This document shows, in pieces, positions 1 to 9,128 of a stretch of 64,000 nt of DNA. Both the position numbers and the translations under genes were made by a program. Origin of the DNA: an uncultured Verrucomicrobiae bacterium (lineage in GTDB: Bacteria > Chlamydiota > Chlamydiia > Chlamydiales > Rhabdochlamydiaceae). The stretch's first letter is position 1; each line of letters begins with the position of its first letter. Location of the stretch: positions 2,080,001 through 2,144,000 of the forward strand of contig OY970364.1 of the NCBI GenBank assembly GCA_963718565.1, written 5' to 3'. Below the pieces are notes generated by a model. It was not told the origin of the DNA. It did not search any database and saw only the letters and a list, made by a program, of their open reading frames with translations.

Positions 1-18
1 ATCTTTCACAATTGAAGA

Positions 19-996
19 TTACTTCTTTTCCTCAGGAGGTCTACGCTGTATTTCACCAGATATTTCTTGGTCTTCAATAGGGATGGGTTGCAATAGCGAC
101 TTGAGGCCTCCGCGTTTTTTTAGGATAGGATAAAACTTCCAGAACATCCACCCGACAATCAGGGCAAAAACGATTGCGCAAATCATGAGGAAGAAAAAAA
201 TAAACCGGAATCTGCTCGCTGAGCTTTTGGTCATCACAATAGACCAGATGCTCACATATTCTTTAGCTTTGGGTTCGAGGGCCTCAGTGGACGGTACCAG
301 GCTGATATCAGTAAAGCGCGAACGGTCGGAAATCACTGTAACATCATTGATGTCGAGGCCGGTGATACTTCCAGAGACGAGCCGCTTAATTTTCGTCACG
401 AGATGGCTATTGGGATCATCGAGAATTCCCTGATGCTTGACGTAGACGGCTGCCGTGATTTTTTGCGTGGCGGCTGCAGCGGCTCCCGGAACAGCCGGGG
501 TTGTAGATTCCACAGGAAAAGAGAGCTGAACATCGGCATCGATCACCCCATCGATTTTACGGATCATATTAGCAAGTTGTTGGGCCAGTCCTGCTTGATA
601 GCGGATCGTTTCCTCTTTATCTGAGGACATCAACCCTGCTTTAGCAAAAAGATCTAAGAGGGTTGTTCCCTTCTTCCGAGGGAGACCATTTTGATTGAGG
701 ATTGCCATTGCTTCGGTCGACTTCCCGGGCTCAACGGAAATATTGAATTTAGCGCCCTCCGTTGCCGCCATTCCTGGTGCTGCGCTGACAGAGGCGATTT
801 TTTGTGCAGGAATCCCTTTGCCTGCAAGAAAGACGACGATTTCATTGGCTTCTCTTTCATCGACATCGCTGACAATCACCATGTTGCTTTCACAGCCTGT
901 CAGCAACAGTAATGCGCATAAGAAAGAAAAGAGGATCATCAAACGCCTGGAAGAGGAAAGACGCGAATAGATTGAAGATGAAGGGCAGTTTCCCAT
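19..996 (-). CDS. sctJ: Type III secretion inner-membrane ring lipoprotein SctJ/CdsJ
   Basis: Lipobox LLLTGC, EREANEIVVFL, GLPR, IDGVIDADVQLS, C-terminal TM helix. Confidence 0.95.
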   Translation of the reverse strand: MGNCPSSSIYSRLSSSRRLMILFSFLCALLLLTGCESNMVIVSDVDEREANEIVVFLAGKGIPAQKIASVSAAPGMAATEGAKFNISVEPGKSTEAMAILNQNGLPRKKGTTLLDLFAKAGLMSSDKEETIRYQAGLAQQLANMIRKIDGVIDADVQLSFPVESTTPAVPGAAAAATQKITAAVYVKHQGILDDPNSHLVTKIKRLVSGSITGLDINDVTVISDRSRFTDISLVPSTEALEPKAKEYVSIWSIVMTKSSASRFRFIFFFLMICAIVFALIVGWMFWKFYPILKKRGGLKSLLQPIPIEDQEISGEIQRRPPEEKK

Positions 997-1222
997 AGTT
1001 GCTTTTTTCAGTTTTTATTCGAGGGGCAGGGCCATTGGACCAACGCGCTCTTTTAGGATTTGATGGACAGCTAGACCGGATGCTTCGCATGGCCTTGCCT
1101 CACTTATATCAGTTTTGGACCGCCCTCGTCAAATTGAAAATCTGCTATGGGGTGTAAATAAAAGTGTTGAGGCTGGGCATTGAAAAGGTCCATCGAACAC
1201 TGGGCGGTCTAGGGTTGCTTTT

Positions 1223-2221
1223 TTATTCGGTATAATGCTTTTGAATCCAATTGGGACCACGTCCAAATCTTCTCATTAAATAATCGCGCACTCCATGTAA
1301 GGCGGCGCGATTTTTGATCAGTTTTTCTTTTTTTTCTCGGATATCTTTTTGAGGCTTGAAGCGTTGTGTAAAGAACAACTGAACAGCTTTGATCAGTTGG
1401 ATTTTCAACAGATGGAATATGTCGGGAATCAATATGCGTAAATATAAGCTGATTTTTTCGTAGAGTGAACAATTTTTTTCAATCCACAATAAACGATTGC
1501 GCCACCAGAAATAGGTCGAATGGGGTTTGCCGCCGACAAATGAAGCAGAAACTTTGTGCCAGAGCTTGGCTTGAGGACAAGTAAAAATTTTAAATCCTGC
1601 ACGTCGTGTGCGAAAACAGTAATCGGATTCTTCCCAAATCAAAAAAAAACGCGCATCCAAATCGCCGATCGTTTCAATGACTTTTCGCCTAATCATTAAG
1701 CCAGCACCGCAGACGTAATCTAGCTCCTGGGGCTTTTGCCATTGTAATTCTGTTTCTCTACTGTGCCTGCCAACAAATTCAAAGGTTCCCGTTTTACGGT
1801 TCCACATCCCCCCCAAATGATCGAGGATTTGTTTGTGGTCAAAAAGGTGAATTTTTGCTCCTAGGATTCCGGCTTCTGGATGGGTATCAAACATTTCCAC
1901 AAACCTGTCTAAAATATCCACAGCAACAACGGTATCATTATTTAAAAGAAAGATCATGTCTGCTTCATGCTGCATTGCTGCGCGTATTCCGATATTATTG
2001 CCCTCTGCAAATCCGAGATTTTCGCTGTTTTCTATGAATAAAAATTCTGGGAATTGGTTTTTGATCGCTGCGGGGGAACCATCGGTGGATCCATTATCGA
2101 CGACGATGACTTCATAACGAGAATAGGTGAGCTCGGCAAGGGATTGGAGACATGCAAGAGTGTCGTTTTTGCCATTCCAATTCAAAACGATGATGGCTAT
2201 TTTAGGTCGAGAAGTTGGCAT
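1223..2221 (-). CDS. Glycosyltransferase family 2
   Basis: IIVLNWNG, VVDNGSTDGS, NLGFAEGNN, LLNND, EESDYC motifs. Confidence 0.9.
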   Translation of the reverse strand: MPTSRPKIAIIVLNWNGKNDTLACLQSLAELTYSRYEVIVVDNGSTDGSPAAIKNQFPEFLFIENSENLGFAEGNNIGIRAAMQHEADMIFLLNNDTVVAVDILDRFVEMFDTHPEAGILGAKIHLFDHKQILDHLGGMWNRKTGTFEFVGRHSRETELQWQKPQELDYVCGAGLMIRRKVIETIGDLDARFFLIWEESDYCFRTRRAGFKIFTCPQAKLWHKVSASFVGGKPHSTYFWWRNRLLWIEKNCSLYEKISLYLRILIPDIFHLLKIQLIKAVQLFFTQRFKPQKDIREKKEKLIKNRAALHGVRDYLMRRFGRGPNWIQKHYTE

Positions 2222-2230
2222 GTTTACTCT

Positions 2231-3022
2231 TTAGAGGGAGTTTCGCAATTCCCTTTTTATAGAACTTAAATAAGCTTGCCATCCTGCTTGCCTATAAATC
2301 TTTGCTTGGGTCTCAGGATCTTGCGCACCGTAGATCCCTCTGCCGACGATGATCACGTCGCTGCCGGCTTCCATGACCGATTCTGGAGTCTGGTATTGTT
2401 GCCCAAGAGCATCTTTTCCACGAGAGAGTTGGACGCCTGGTGTCATATAAATCCAGCGTGGATCGTTGGAAAGTTTTCGGAGTGAGATGAAGCCGATGAC
2501 GAAATCGGAATGCGCTTCTGCCATTTTTACAGTTTGATGCGTATAGGCTCCAGAGGCAAGGGTTCCGGCAGAACTCATTTCTGCAAGCAGAAGAAGCGCC
2601 CTGCCTTTGGGAAGGCCAACCTCTTTTAAGCCATCGATAATCCCAGGACCTGGAACAGCATGCGCATTGACAATGTCGGCCCAGTCTGCAATCCGGTAAA
2701 TTCCACCCCGATACTGATAAGAAACAGTATTGCCGATGTCCGCGAATTTCCGATCTTCAAAAATTAAAAACTGCTGTCTTTCGGCTAAACGGCGCAATTC
2801 TTGGGTGACTTGAGGAGTAAAGTCATCGAGAATATCCACATGTGTTTTCAGGACACAGATTTCGGGGCCAATCGTTTTAGCTAGTTCCAAAAGGGCGCTG
2901 CTTGAAGTCAGATCGGCAGCAACAGCGAGATTAGTCTGCTTATTTTCCATTAAAGCAAACAGTTTCTTTGCCATTGGGTTCTGGGAGAGTTCAGCGCGTT
3001 GTTTAAAGGTGTGTGTTCTCAT
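2231..3022 (-). CDS. pyrF: Orotidine-5'-phosphate decarboxylase (eukaryote/URA3-type)
   Basis: [39 protein letters not shown]. Confidence 0.97.
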   Translation of the reverse strand: MRTHTFKQRAELSQNPMAKKLFALMENKQTNLAVAADLTSSSALLELAKTIGPEICVLKTHVDILDDFTPQVTQELRRLAERQQFLIFEDRKFADIGNTVSYQYRGGIYRIADWADIVNAHAVPGPGIIDGLKEVGLPKGRALLLLAEMSSAGTLASGAYTHQTVKMAEAHSDFVIGFISLRKLSNDPRWIYMTPGVQLSRGKDALGQQYQTPESVMEAGSDVIIVGRGIYGAQDPETQAKIYRQAGWQAYLSSIKRELRNSL

Positions 3023-3041
3023 GATTTATGCTCAAATGGAT

Positions 3042-3647
3042 CTACTTGACTGGGGTAGCTAAAAATTCATTCACTTCGCGGAATGTCGCTTCAGAAATTT
3101 TCTTATCATAGAATAAAACTTTTAAAAGGTCAAAAATGCTGATCAAACTGTGAAGTTCAATGCCGTTTTCTTTCAATCTCTCCTTGCCGCCTTGTTCTCG
3201 GTTAAGGACAACAACAGCATCTTCGATTTCCAATCCTTCTGCCTTAAGCGGCTCAACTGTTTCTAAAATGCTTGCACCGGAGGTCACGACGTCTTCAATG
3301 ATCAGACAGGTTTGTCCTTTTTCAAAATGGCCTTCGATCAGTTTTTTGGTTCCGTAATCTTTAGCTTCTTTGCGGCGCATGACCATGGGGATATTCCGTT
3401 CCAAAGATACCGCCGTTGCAATGGGAAGGGCTGTGTAAGGCACTCCGCAGATCAAGTCGCAAGAGAGCGGTGTCATGAATGTGCAGAGGGCGTTGCTGAT
3501 TTTCTTTAAAATAGCAGGATAGGAAATGATGACGCGCAAATCGAGATAAATGGGAGATTGAATTCCGCTTTTCAACGTGAAATTACCAAACTTAACAGCT
3601 TGAATAGAAAAAAGATCGAGGATAAGGCTTTTAATTTCTGGTGTCAT
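3042..3647 (-). CDS. pyrE: Orotate phosphoribosyltransferase
   Basis: FTLKSG..SPIY.DLR, RRKEAKDYGT, PRPP motif IIEDVVTSGAS. Confidence 0.97.
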   Translation of the reverse strand: MTPEIKSLILDLFSIQAVKFGNFTLKSGIQSPIYLDLRVIISYPAILKKISNALCTFMTPLSCDLICGVPYTALPIATAVSLERNIPMVMRRKEAKDYGTKKLIEGHFEKGQTCLIIEDVVTSGASILETVEPLKAEGLEIEDAVVVLNREQGGKERLKENGIELHSLISIFDLLKVLFYDKKISEATFREVNEFLATPVK

Positions 3648-3656
3648 AGTTTTCTC

Positions 3657-4760
3657 TCACATAGAGTTTTTTTCATGATAACGCATCGCAAGGTAGGGGT
3701 CCCACATCATTCCTGTTGCGGACATCGCGATGTTGGCCCCGGCATGTAAACATTGGTCAAAATGTTCTGGGAGGGTGATCCCACCCACTCCTATCAGCGT
3801 GAGATCGAGCTTTTCATGCGTATTAATTCGAGCCGCTTGTCTGATAAAGTCAAGTGCGACTTCTCGTATTGGTCCGCCGCAGATGCCGCTTGTCAGGCGC
3901 CCCAACCCGAGGGCAGGCTGTCCCATTGCATCGATAACGGCCATGCTGACGGTATTAATTCCTGAAATCGCGCGAATTCCCGCTTGCGCTGCGGCATAAA
4001 AGACATTGCGCATGTGAGCTTCACTGGTGAAAAGGCCGACTTTGATAATCAGTGGAACAGGGGCAATCGCCTTAACAATCGCTCTGCCAAGGTCAGCAAC
4101 AGTCGTAGGAGACATGTAAAGGCACCCTTCGCTCTTATCGACATTGGGGCAGGAAAAATTTGCCTCGATAATTTTTGCTCCTGCTTCTTTAGCTAAAAGA
4201 GCTGCTTGGACAAAATCTTCAAGAAATGTGCAATTGTCCCGAACTGTGCCAACGACAGAGACGACCATGACTTGCCCTTCTTGCAGAGCAGCATTGGCCC
4301 GTGGAATGTCTTCGAGCAAAAAACGCGGGCTTTTGGAAGGCATCCCAAAAGAATTCGTCACAGCAAGTTCTTCGAGCTCTGGGGAAGGATGATCGGCAAG
4401 AATTGCTGAATTCAGCGGCGTTTTGCCACTGATCATGCCGTGAGTGTCGACGAAGACCATGTTGGGAAGAGGATGGGACGGATGACTTGAGCTGCGAATC
4501 GTTTTATATGTGGGAATGTCAAAACCCAATCTCCCAGCCAGAGTGATCCAATTCGAAGTCAACAAAGGACCTGCAGGAACTCCGATGGGAGAAGCGACGG
4601 AGTATCCCAAAAAATCGATCCATTTTTCTTTTGGAGGAAACATTCTGGTTGGCAGCGGCCCTTTAAAAAAAGGACCTTGGTCAGCGTTCTCAAGATATGT
4701 TTTACGAATGTCGTAGATTGGAGGTTCTTCGGGATACCAATGAGGAAGTTTAGAGTTCAT
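3657..4760 (-). CDS. pyrD: Dihydroorotate dehydrogenase (class 1-like); start placed at ATG 4760 overlapping the pyrC end
   Basis: EANFSCPN, IIKVG, INT, LIGVGGI FMN-barrel motifs; pyr operon context. Confidence 0.85.
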   Translation of the reverse strand: MNSKLPHWYPEEPPIYDIRKTYLENADQGPFFKGPLPTRMFPPKEKWIDFLGYSVASPIGVPAGPLLTSNWITLAGRLGFDIPTYKTIRSSSHPSHPLPNMVFVDTHGMISGKTPLNSAILADHPSPELEELAVTNSFGMPSKSPRFLLEDIPRANAALQEGQVMVVSVVGTVRDNCTFLEDFVQAALLAKEAGAKIIEANFSCPNVDKSEGCLYMSPTTVADLGRAIVKAIAPVPLIIKVGLFTSEAHMRNVFYAAAQAGIRAISGINTVSMAVIDAMGQPALGLGRLTSGICGGPIREVALDFIRQAARINTHEKLDLTLIGVGGITLPEHFDQCLHAGANIAMSATGMMWDPYLAMRYHEKNSM

Positions 4761-5964
4761 AGACTCTTCCTTTGAGAAAGGTATAGACGGGCCACCCTTG
4801 GATCTGTCTACCCGTGTAAGGACTCCATCCGCATTTGGTTTTAAGGGAATGCTCATAGATTTCTCTCTTCTTTTTCATGTCGACTAAAATGTAATCGTCG
4901 TTGGCATCGATGCAAAAGATTTCAAGAACGCGTTCACGCATCAATCGGACAACTTGTTTTAGAGTCATTTTCCTTTGATTGCAAGCGTCGAGAAGAAGTG
5001 GAAGCGTTGTTTCAACACCTGGAATCCCTGAAGGTGCTTGGCCAAAGGGAAGCGCTTTCTCTTCTAGTGTATGAGGAGCATGGTCGGAGCCAATGGTGTC
5101 GATGATTCCTTCATGGATTGCCCGCCAGAGCGCCTCTTGATCTTCTTGGGTGCGCAAAGGAGGGTTCGTCTGCACCTTAGTCCCAAACTTTTCGTAGTCA
5201 TCAATTGTCAAAAAGAGATGATGAGGTGTTGTCTCGACAGTGACTTCCAGCCCCTCATTTTTAGCTTGTTTGATGAGCTGGATCTCGCGTTTTGTTCCCA
5301 CATGGAGAATGTGCAACCGTGTCTTGTAAAGACGTGAGAGTTCGATAGCTTTGTGTGTAGCGCGAAAAGCCACTTCATCATTGCGGATTACCGAATGAGC
5401 GCTTGGTTTCATTTTCCCTTGAAAATGAGCTTTGCGTTCATGGATCAAAGCTTCATCCTCCGCATGCACTGCAAGCAACAGATCATGCGAGGCTGCCAAG
5501 CTAAAAACAGCATGTAGGGAGCTATCATCATCCATCACTAGGCCGCCTGTCGACGAGCCCATGAACACTTTAATACCGACGATTTGCCCTTTACAGCGCG
5601 CAATTTCATCGAAATGCATTTTATCAGCTCCGAGATACAGACCATGACGCAAAGGAATCCCGACTTGTTTTAGCTGTGCGGAGATCAGCGCTTCTTTTTC
5701 TTCGAGGCTCTCTAGAGTAGTTGTAGGAGGAAGAGTATTGGGCATATCGAAAACAGTGGTGATGCCGCCGTAAATTGCGGCCTGAGCAGCCGTCTCCCAA
5801 GTTTCTTTATGCGTTAGCCCTGGCGTGCGAAAATGCACATGCGAATCGATTAATGCAGGAAGAAGGGTCAGACCATCAGCAATAATCGTCTTCTCTTCTT
5901 TAGAAGGAAGAGAGAGATTTGTGATAGAACCGTCTAGAGTGGTAGCGTTCTTGATAGTGATCAT
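4750..5964 (-). CDS. pyrC: Dihydroorotase (type I)
   Basis: IDSHVHFRTPG, DMPNT, HAED, NPPLR, GSDHAPH. Confidence 0.95.
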   Translation of the reverse strand: MITIKNATTLDGSITNLSLPSKEEKTIIADGLTLLPALIDSHVHFRTPGLTHKETWETAAQAAIYGGITTVFDMPNTLPPTTTLESLEEKEALISAQLKQVGIPLRHGLYLGADKMHFDEIARCKGQIVGIKVFMGSSTGGLVMDDDSSLHAVFSLAASHDLLLAVHAEDEALIHERKAHFQGKMKPSAHSVIRNDEVAFRATHKAIELSRLYKTRLHILHVGTKREIQLIKQAKNEGLEVTVETTPHHLFLTIDDYEKFGTKVQTNPPLRTQEDQEALWRAIHEGIIDTIGSDHAPHTLEEKALPFGQAPSGIPGVETTLPLLLDACNQRKMTLKQVVRLMRERVLEIFCIDANDDYILVDMKKKREIYEHSLKTKCGWSPYTGRQIQGWPVYTFLKGRVYEL

Positions 5965-5973
5965 GGTTGCATT

Positions 5974-6435
5974 TTATGGTTTGTAATCCTTGATTTCATT
6001 GCGCTCGAAAATCTTTTCACAAAAGTGGCATCGCAATCGAATTTGCTGTTTATGTTCTTCCACGTGAAAAAGGGTGTCTATGGTTTCACAGTTGGTGATA
6101 CAGCGCGGATTTGGACAAACGAGAATGCGGACGACCTCATGGGGGAGTTTTGCGAGAATTTTACTCGCAACTTGATAATTTTTGATGATATTGATCGTCG
6201 CTTGCGGAGCAAAGACAGCGATGTCGTGTGCTTCTTTTTCCGTCAGGGCTCTGTTTTCAATTTTTATAAGATCTTTGAGTCCCATGGACGAGCTCGTAAA
6301 ATTAAGTCCAAGAGAAATGCGATGCTTTCCTTGGGAAAGTTTGAGGAGTTGAAGAATGATGAAAGCATATCCTGCAGGGATGTGGTCGATCACAGTGCCT
6401 TCTTTTATCGCTGCGACAGAAAGCGTTTTAGACAT
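5974..6435 (-). CDS. pyrI: Aspartate carbamoyltransferase regulatory chain
   Basis: GTVIDHIPAG, KDLIKIE, Zn motifs CPNPRCI and CHFCE. Confidence 0.97.
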   Translation of the reverse strand: MSKTLSVAAIKEGTVIDHIPAGYAFIILQLLKLSQGKHRISLGLNFTSSSMGLKDLIKIENRALTEKEAHDIAVFAPQATINIIKNYQVASKILAKLPHEVVRILVCPNPRCITNCETIDTLFHVEEHKQQIRLRCHFCEKIFERNEIKDYKP

Positions 6436-6522
6436 TTTTTACTCCTGTAAAATCAGCCTTAATCTATTTAGCACTACCTAAATTTTTTCTCCTAAGAAAA
6501 ACTAATTTGAGATAGGATTTCT

Positions 6523-7023
6523 GTACGTCCTTAAAAACTCATGGCAAAAGTTGAAGACCATTTTGATTCATGCCAAACTTACCACTTATCGATCTTGATT
6601 GGGCACGGATCGAAATGGTCTTCAATTTTTGCCAGAGTCTTCAAGGAAGTTAATGTACGTGCTACCAGTTAAGGTGTGGCCGGAGAGGCTGTTTGATAAC
6701 GCTCATGAACAAATTGTGCTAAATCGATCGGATCCCCTCGAAACCACCGACTCAAATACTCCCAAAAGCTCACGCCAAGTCTGGCGCATGTCTGCTTGAG
6801 CGTCAATAGGCCGTCTCGAAATTGTCTGCCCTCTACGCTTTTGGTAGTGCCAGAGATATTTCTTCGTTTAGCCACACCTCAGATATCTTGCTCACTGTCA
6901 TTGGAGACCTGTGGCAAGCACTGAATGTCATTTGGATCCATGCCTGATTGAGATCGATAAATGCAAAGCCTGGCATGGATCCAAATGACATTCAGTGCTT
7001 GCCATAGGTTTTTGAGGACGTAT
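6523..7023. mobile_element. MITE-like element family B, composite copy with IS66 remnant, between pyrB and pyrI
   Basis: Ends GTACGTCCTTAAAAAC...GTTTTTGAGGACGTA; matches inverted copy at 14970-15182 plus ~290 bp internal insert. Confidence 0.75.
6669..6903 (-). pseudogene. IS66-family transposase C-terminal remnant
   Basis: NDSEQDI*GVAKRRNISGTTKSVEGRQFRDG...TCARLGVSFWEYL; in-frame TGA. Confidence 0.7.
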
Positions 7024-7072
7024 CCAAAATCATCGATTTTCTGCTGGCGAGGAGTTTTGCGATTCCCTCTAT
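7024..7072. repeat. MITE family A right end
   Basis: CCAAAATCATCGATTTTCTGCTGGCGAGGAGTTTTGCGATTCCCTCTA matches the end of 34364-34625. Confidence 0.85.
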
Positions 7073-7090
7073 AACTTGTTTTTTGATGTA

Positions 7091-8002
7091 TTATTCTAAA
7101 ATTAGCGAGAGCAGCGCCATACGTACATAAAGGCCATTTTCTGCTTGTTGAAAGTAATAGGCAAATGGAGTTTTATCGATGGAAACTTCAATTTCATTCA
7201 CGCGTGGCAAGGGATGAAAAACTTTCAGGTTTTTTTTGGTTTTTTTAAGCATCTCTTCTTTTAAAATGTAAACATTTTTGCACTCCTCGTAGGAGGCAGG
7301 GTCTAAGCGCTCTTTTTGGATTCGCGTCATATATAAAATTTCGACTTTGTCCACAACTTCTTCGATTGTTCGATGGAAGGAAAATTTAATCCCTTGTTTT
7401 TTGAGGGAATGACTGATTTCTTCGGGGAGGGCGAGTCGTTGAGGAGAGACGAAGAACAATCTCATATCAAAGTGTGCGCAGGCAAGACTTAAAGAATGGA
7501 CGGTTCTACCAAATTTAAGATCTCCGACGAAGGCTAAATGCAGCCCTTTAAGATTTTTTTGGCATTCTTTGATAGAAAATAGATCGAGTAAAGTCTGTGT
7601 CGGATGTTGATTGGCCCCATCTCCGGCGTTGATCACAGGTTTATCTGTGGCCTCGCTTGCAGCTCGGGCGGATCCTTCGCTTGGATGGCGGAGGACGATC
7701 AGGTCTGCATATTGACCCATAACTTTCATAGAATCGTGCAGGGATTCGCCCTTTTTTGCAGATGTTGAATGGGAATCGGAAAAGCCGATCACGCTGCCGC
7801 CGAGTCGGATCATCGCAGATTCGAAAGAAAGGCGAGTTCTCGTCGAGGGTTCGTAAAAGCAGGATGCCAAAATTTTAGATTTTAAAAGCTCTTTAGGTGC
7901 TTTTTTCTTCATTTCCTCAGCACGCTTAAGGATGAGAAGGATTTCTTCTTTCGACAAATCTGCAATGGAAAGGATGCTGCGGTTGCGTAGCGAAATTCTC
8001 AT
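7091..8002 (-). CDS. pyrB: Aspartate carbamoyltransferase catalytic chain
   Basis: FYEPSTRTRLSFE, HPTQTLLD, HPLPR; ATG 8002 overlaps the upstream stop (ATGA). Confidence 0.97.
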   Translation of the reverse strand: MRISLRNRSILSIADLSKEEILLILKRAEEMKKKAPKELLKSKILASCFYEPSTRTRLSFESAMIRLGGSVIGFSDSHSTSAKKGESLHDSMKVMGQYADLIVLRHPSEGSARAASEATDKPVINAGDGANQHPTQTLLDLFSIKECQKNLKGLHLAFVGDLKFGRTVHSLSLACAHFDMRLFFVSPQRLALPEEISHSLKKQGIKFSFHRTIEEVVDKVEILYMTRIQKERLDPASYEECKNVYILKEEMLKKTKKNLKVFHPLPRVNEIEVSIDKTPFAYYFQQAENGLYVRMALLSLILE

Positions 8003-9081
8003 AGTGTTTTTTCTTTTGGGTAAAACATTTTCAAAGCAGAATCGTAAACCTCCTCGACGCCGATTTGCAAGAGGCAAAAAGGTTCTTGGCACTTTTTTCG
8101 TAGACAGGGCGTGCATGTCGCTTTTTTAGCGATGGAAATGGCATTTTCAGCGAGATAGGGGCCGCAAAGATCAGGACAGGTCGGGGTGAAAAGACCGATC
8201 GTCGGAACTTTAACGGCGAGGCCTACATGCATGGGGCCTGTGTCATTAGAGATTATGAGAGTCATCCGTTTAATCAGCGCAGCAGTTGCGAGCAGGGGAA
8301 GATCGGTGGCAGCCGATGCCCCTTCGATATGAGAAACAATGGATTCGACAAGAGCTTTTTCTTGAGGCGTCCCTGTGACAATGAGATGACAGCCGAGATT
8401 GCGTGCGAGAAGATTGCCAAGTTCGATAAAATGGGAAGCCGGCCACTGCTTAAACCCATCTTTTGCACCCGGATGAAGGCCAACCAGTGGAAGATAAGCG
8501 GGAACATTAAGGCCAGCTAGAAAATTATCAGCAATTTTTTCATCTTCTTGGCCCCAAAAAAGCTCCATCGAAGAATCGAGAGTGTGAGCCCCGACTTGGG
8601 CAGCGATATCCAGCCGCCGCTCAATTTCGTGCATCTCTTCATTGTCAAGGGATTGAGTCAGAAGAAAATCAAGTCCTTTGTTGATCCCATAAGTGCCGAT
8701 CACTTCCGCTGCTCCTACACTTGCGGCAAGCGGCAAAATGGGGCGCTGAGAGGTGTGAAAATTAAGGACATGGGTGATCTTTCGCTTTTTCAATTTTCGA
8801 TACAATGTCAATAATTGAGGAAAAACAGGGTCTTTCACCACAAAAAGTTCATCGATTCGCCGGTTGTATTGCAAGCATGCTCTTCCGATCGGACTTGTGA
8901 TGACGCCGATGTAATTTGTAGGAAAACATTCCCGCAGAGCGCGAATTGCTGGTGTTCCCCAAAGCGTGTCGCCAAGGCCTGTTGTCGATAGGATGAGAAA
9001 ACGCTTTTCTTCTCCCAAATTGAGTGTTCTGGGTCGGAAGAATTTCACAAAAAATCTCATCATCCGATTTTTAAATTTCAT
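7999..9081 (-). CDS. Glycosyltransferase family 9 (heptosyltransferase-like)
   Basis: GLGDTL..TPAIRAL, LHPGA...KQWP, SNDTGPMH, C-terminal CxPCxxxxC. Confidence 0.9.
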   Translation of the reverse strand: MKFKNRMMRFFVKFFRPRTLNLGEEKRFLILSTTGLGDTLWGTPAIRALRECFPTNYIGVITSPIGRACLQYNRRIDELFVVKDPVFPQLLTLYRKLKKRKITHVLNFHTSQRPILPLAASVGAAEVIGTYGINKGLDFLLTQSLDNEEMHEIERRLDIAAQVGAHTLDSSMELFWGQEDEKIADNFLAGLNVPAYLPLVGLHPGAKDGFKQWPASHFIELGNLLARNLGCHLIVTGTPQEKALVESIVSHIEGASAATDLPLLATAALIKRMTLIISNDTGPMHVGLAVKVPTIGLFTPTCPDLCGPYLAENAISIAKKATCTPCLRKKCQEPFCLLQIGVEEVYDSALKMFYPKEKTL

Positions 9082-9128
9082 GCTCTTAGATAACCTGAGT
9101 TTTGGGTCCCTTTCATAAGTAAGTCCGC

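Noticed and set aside
1021..1212. Imperfect inverted repeats upstream of sctJ as an ncRNA or riboswitch
   Set aside because: Short imperfect stems, no recognisable family; could be degenerate MITE ends
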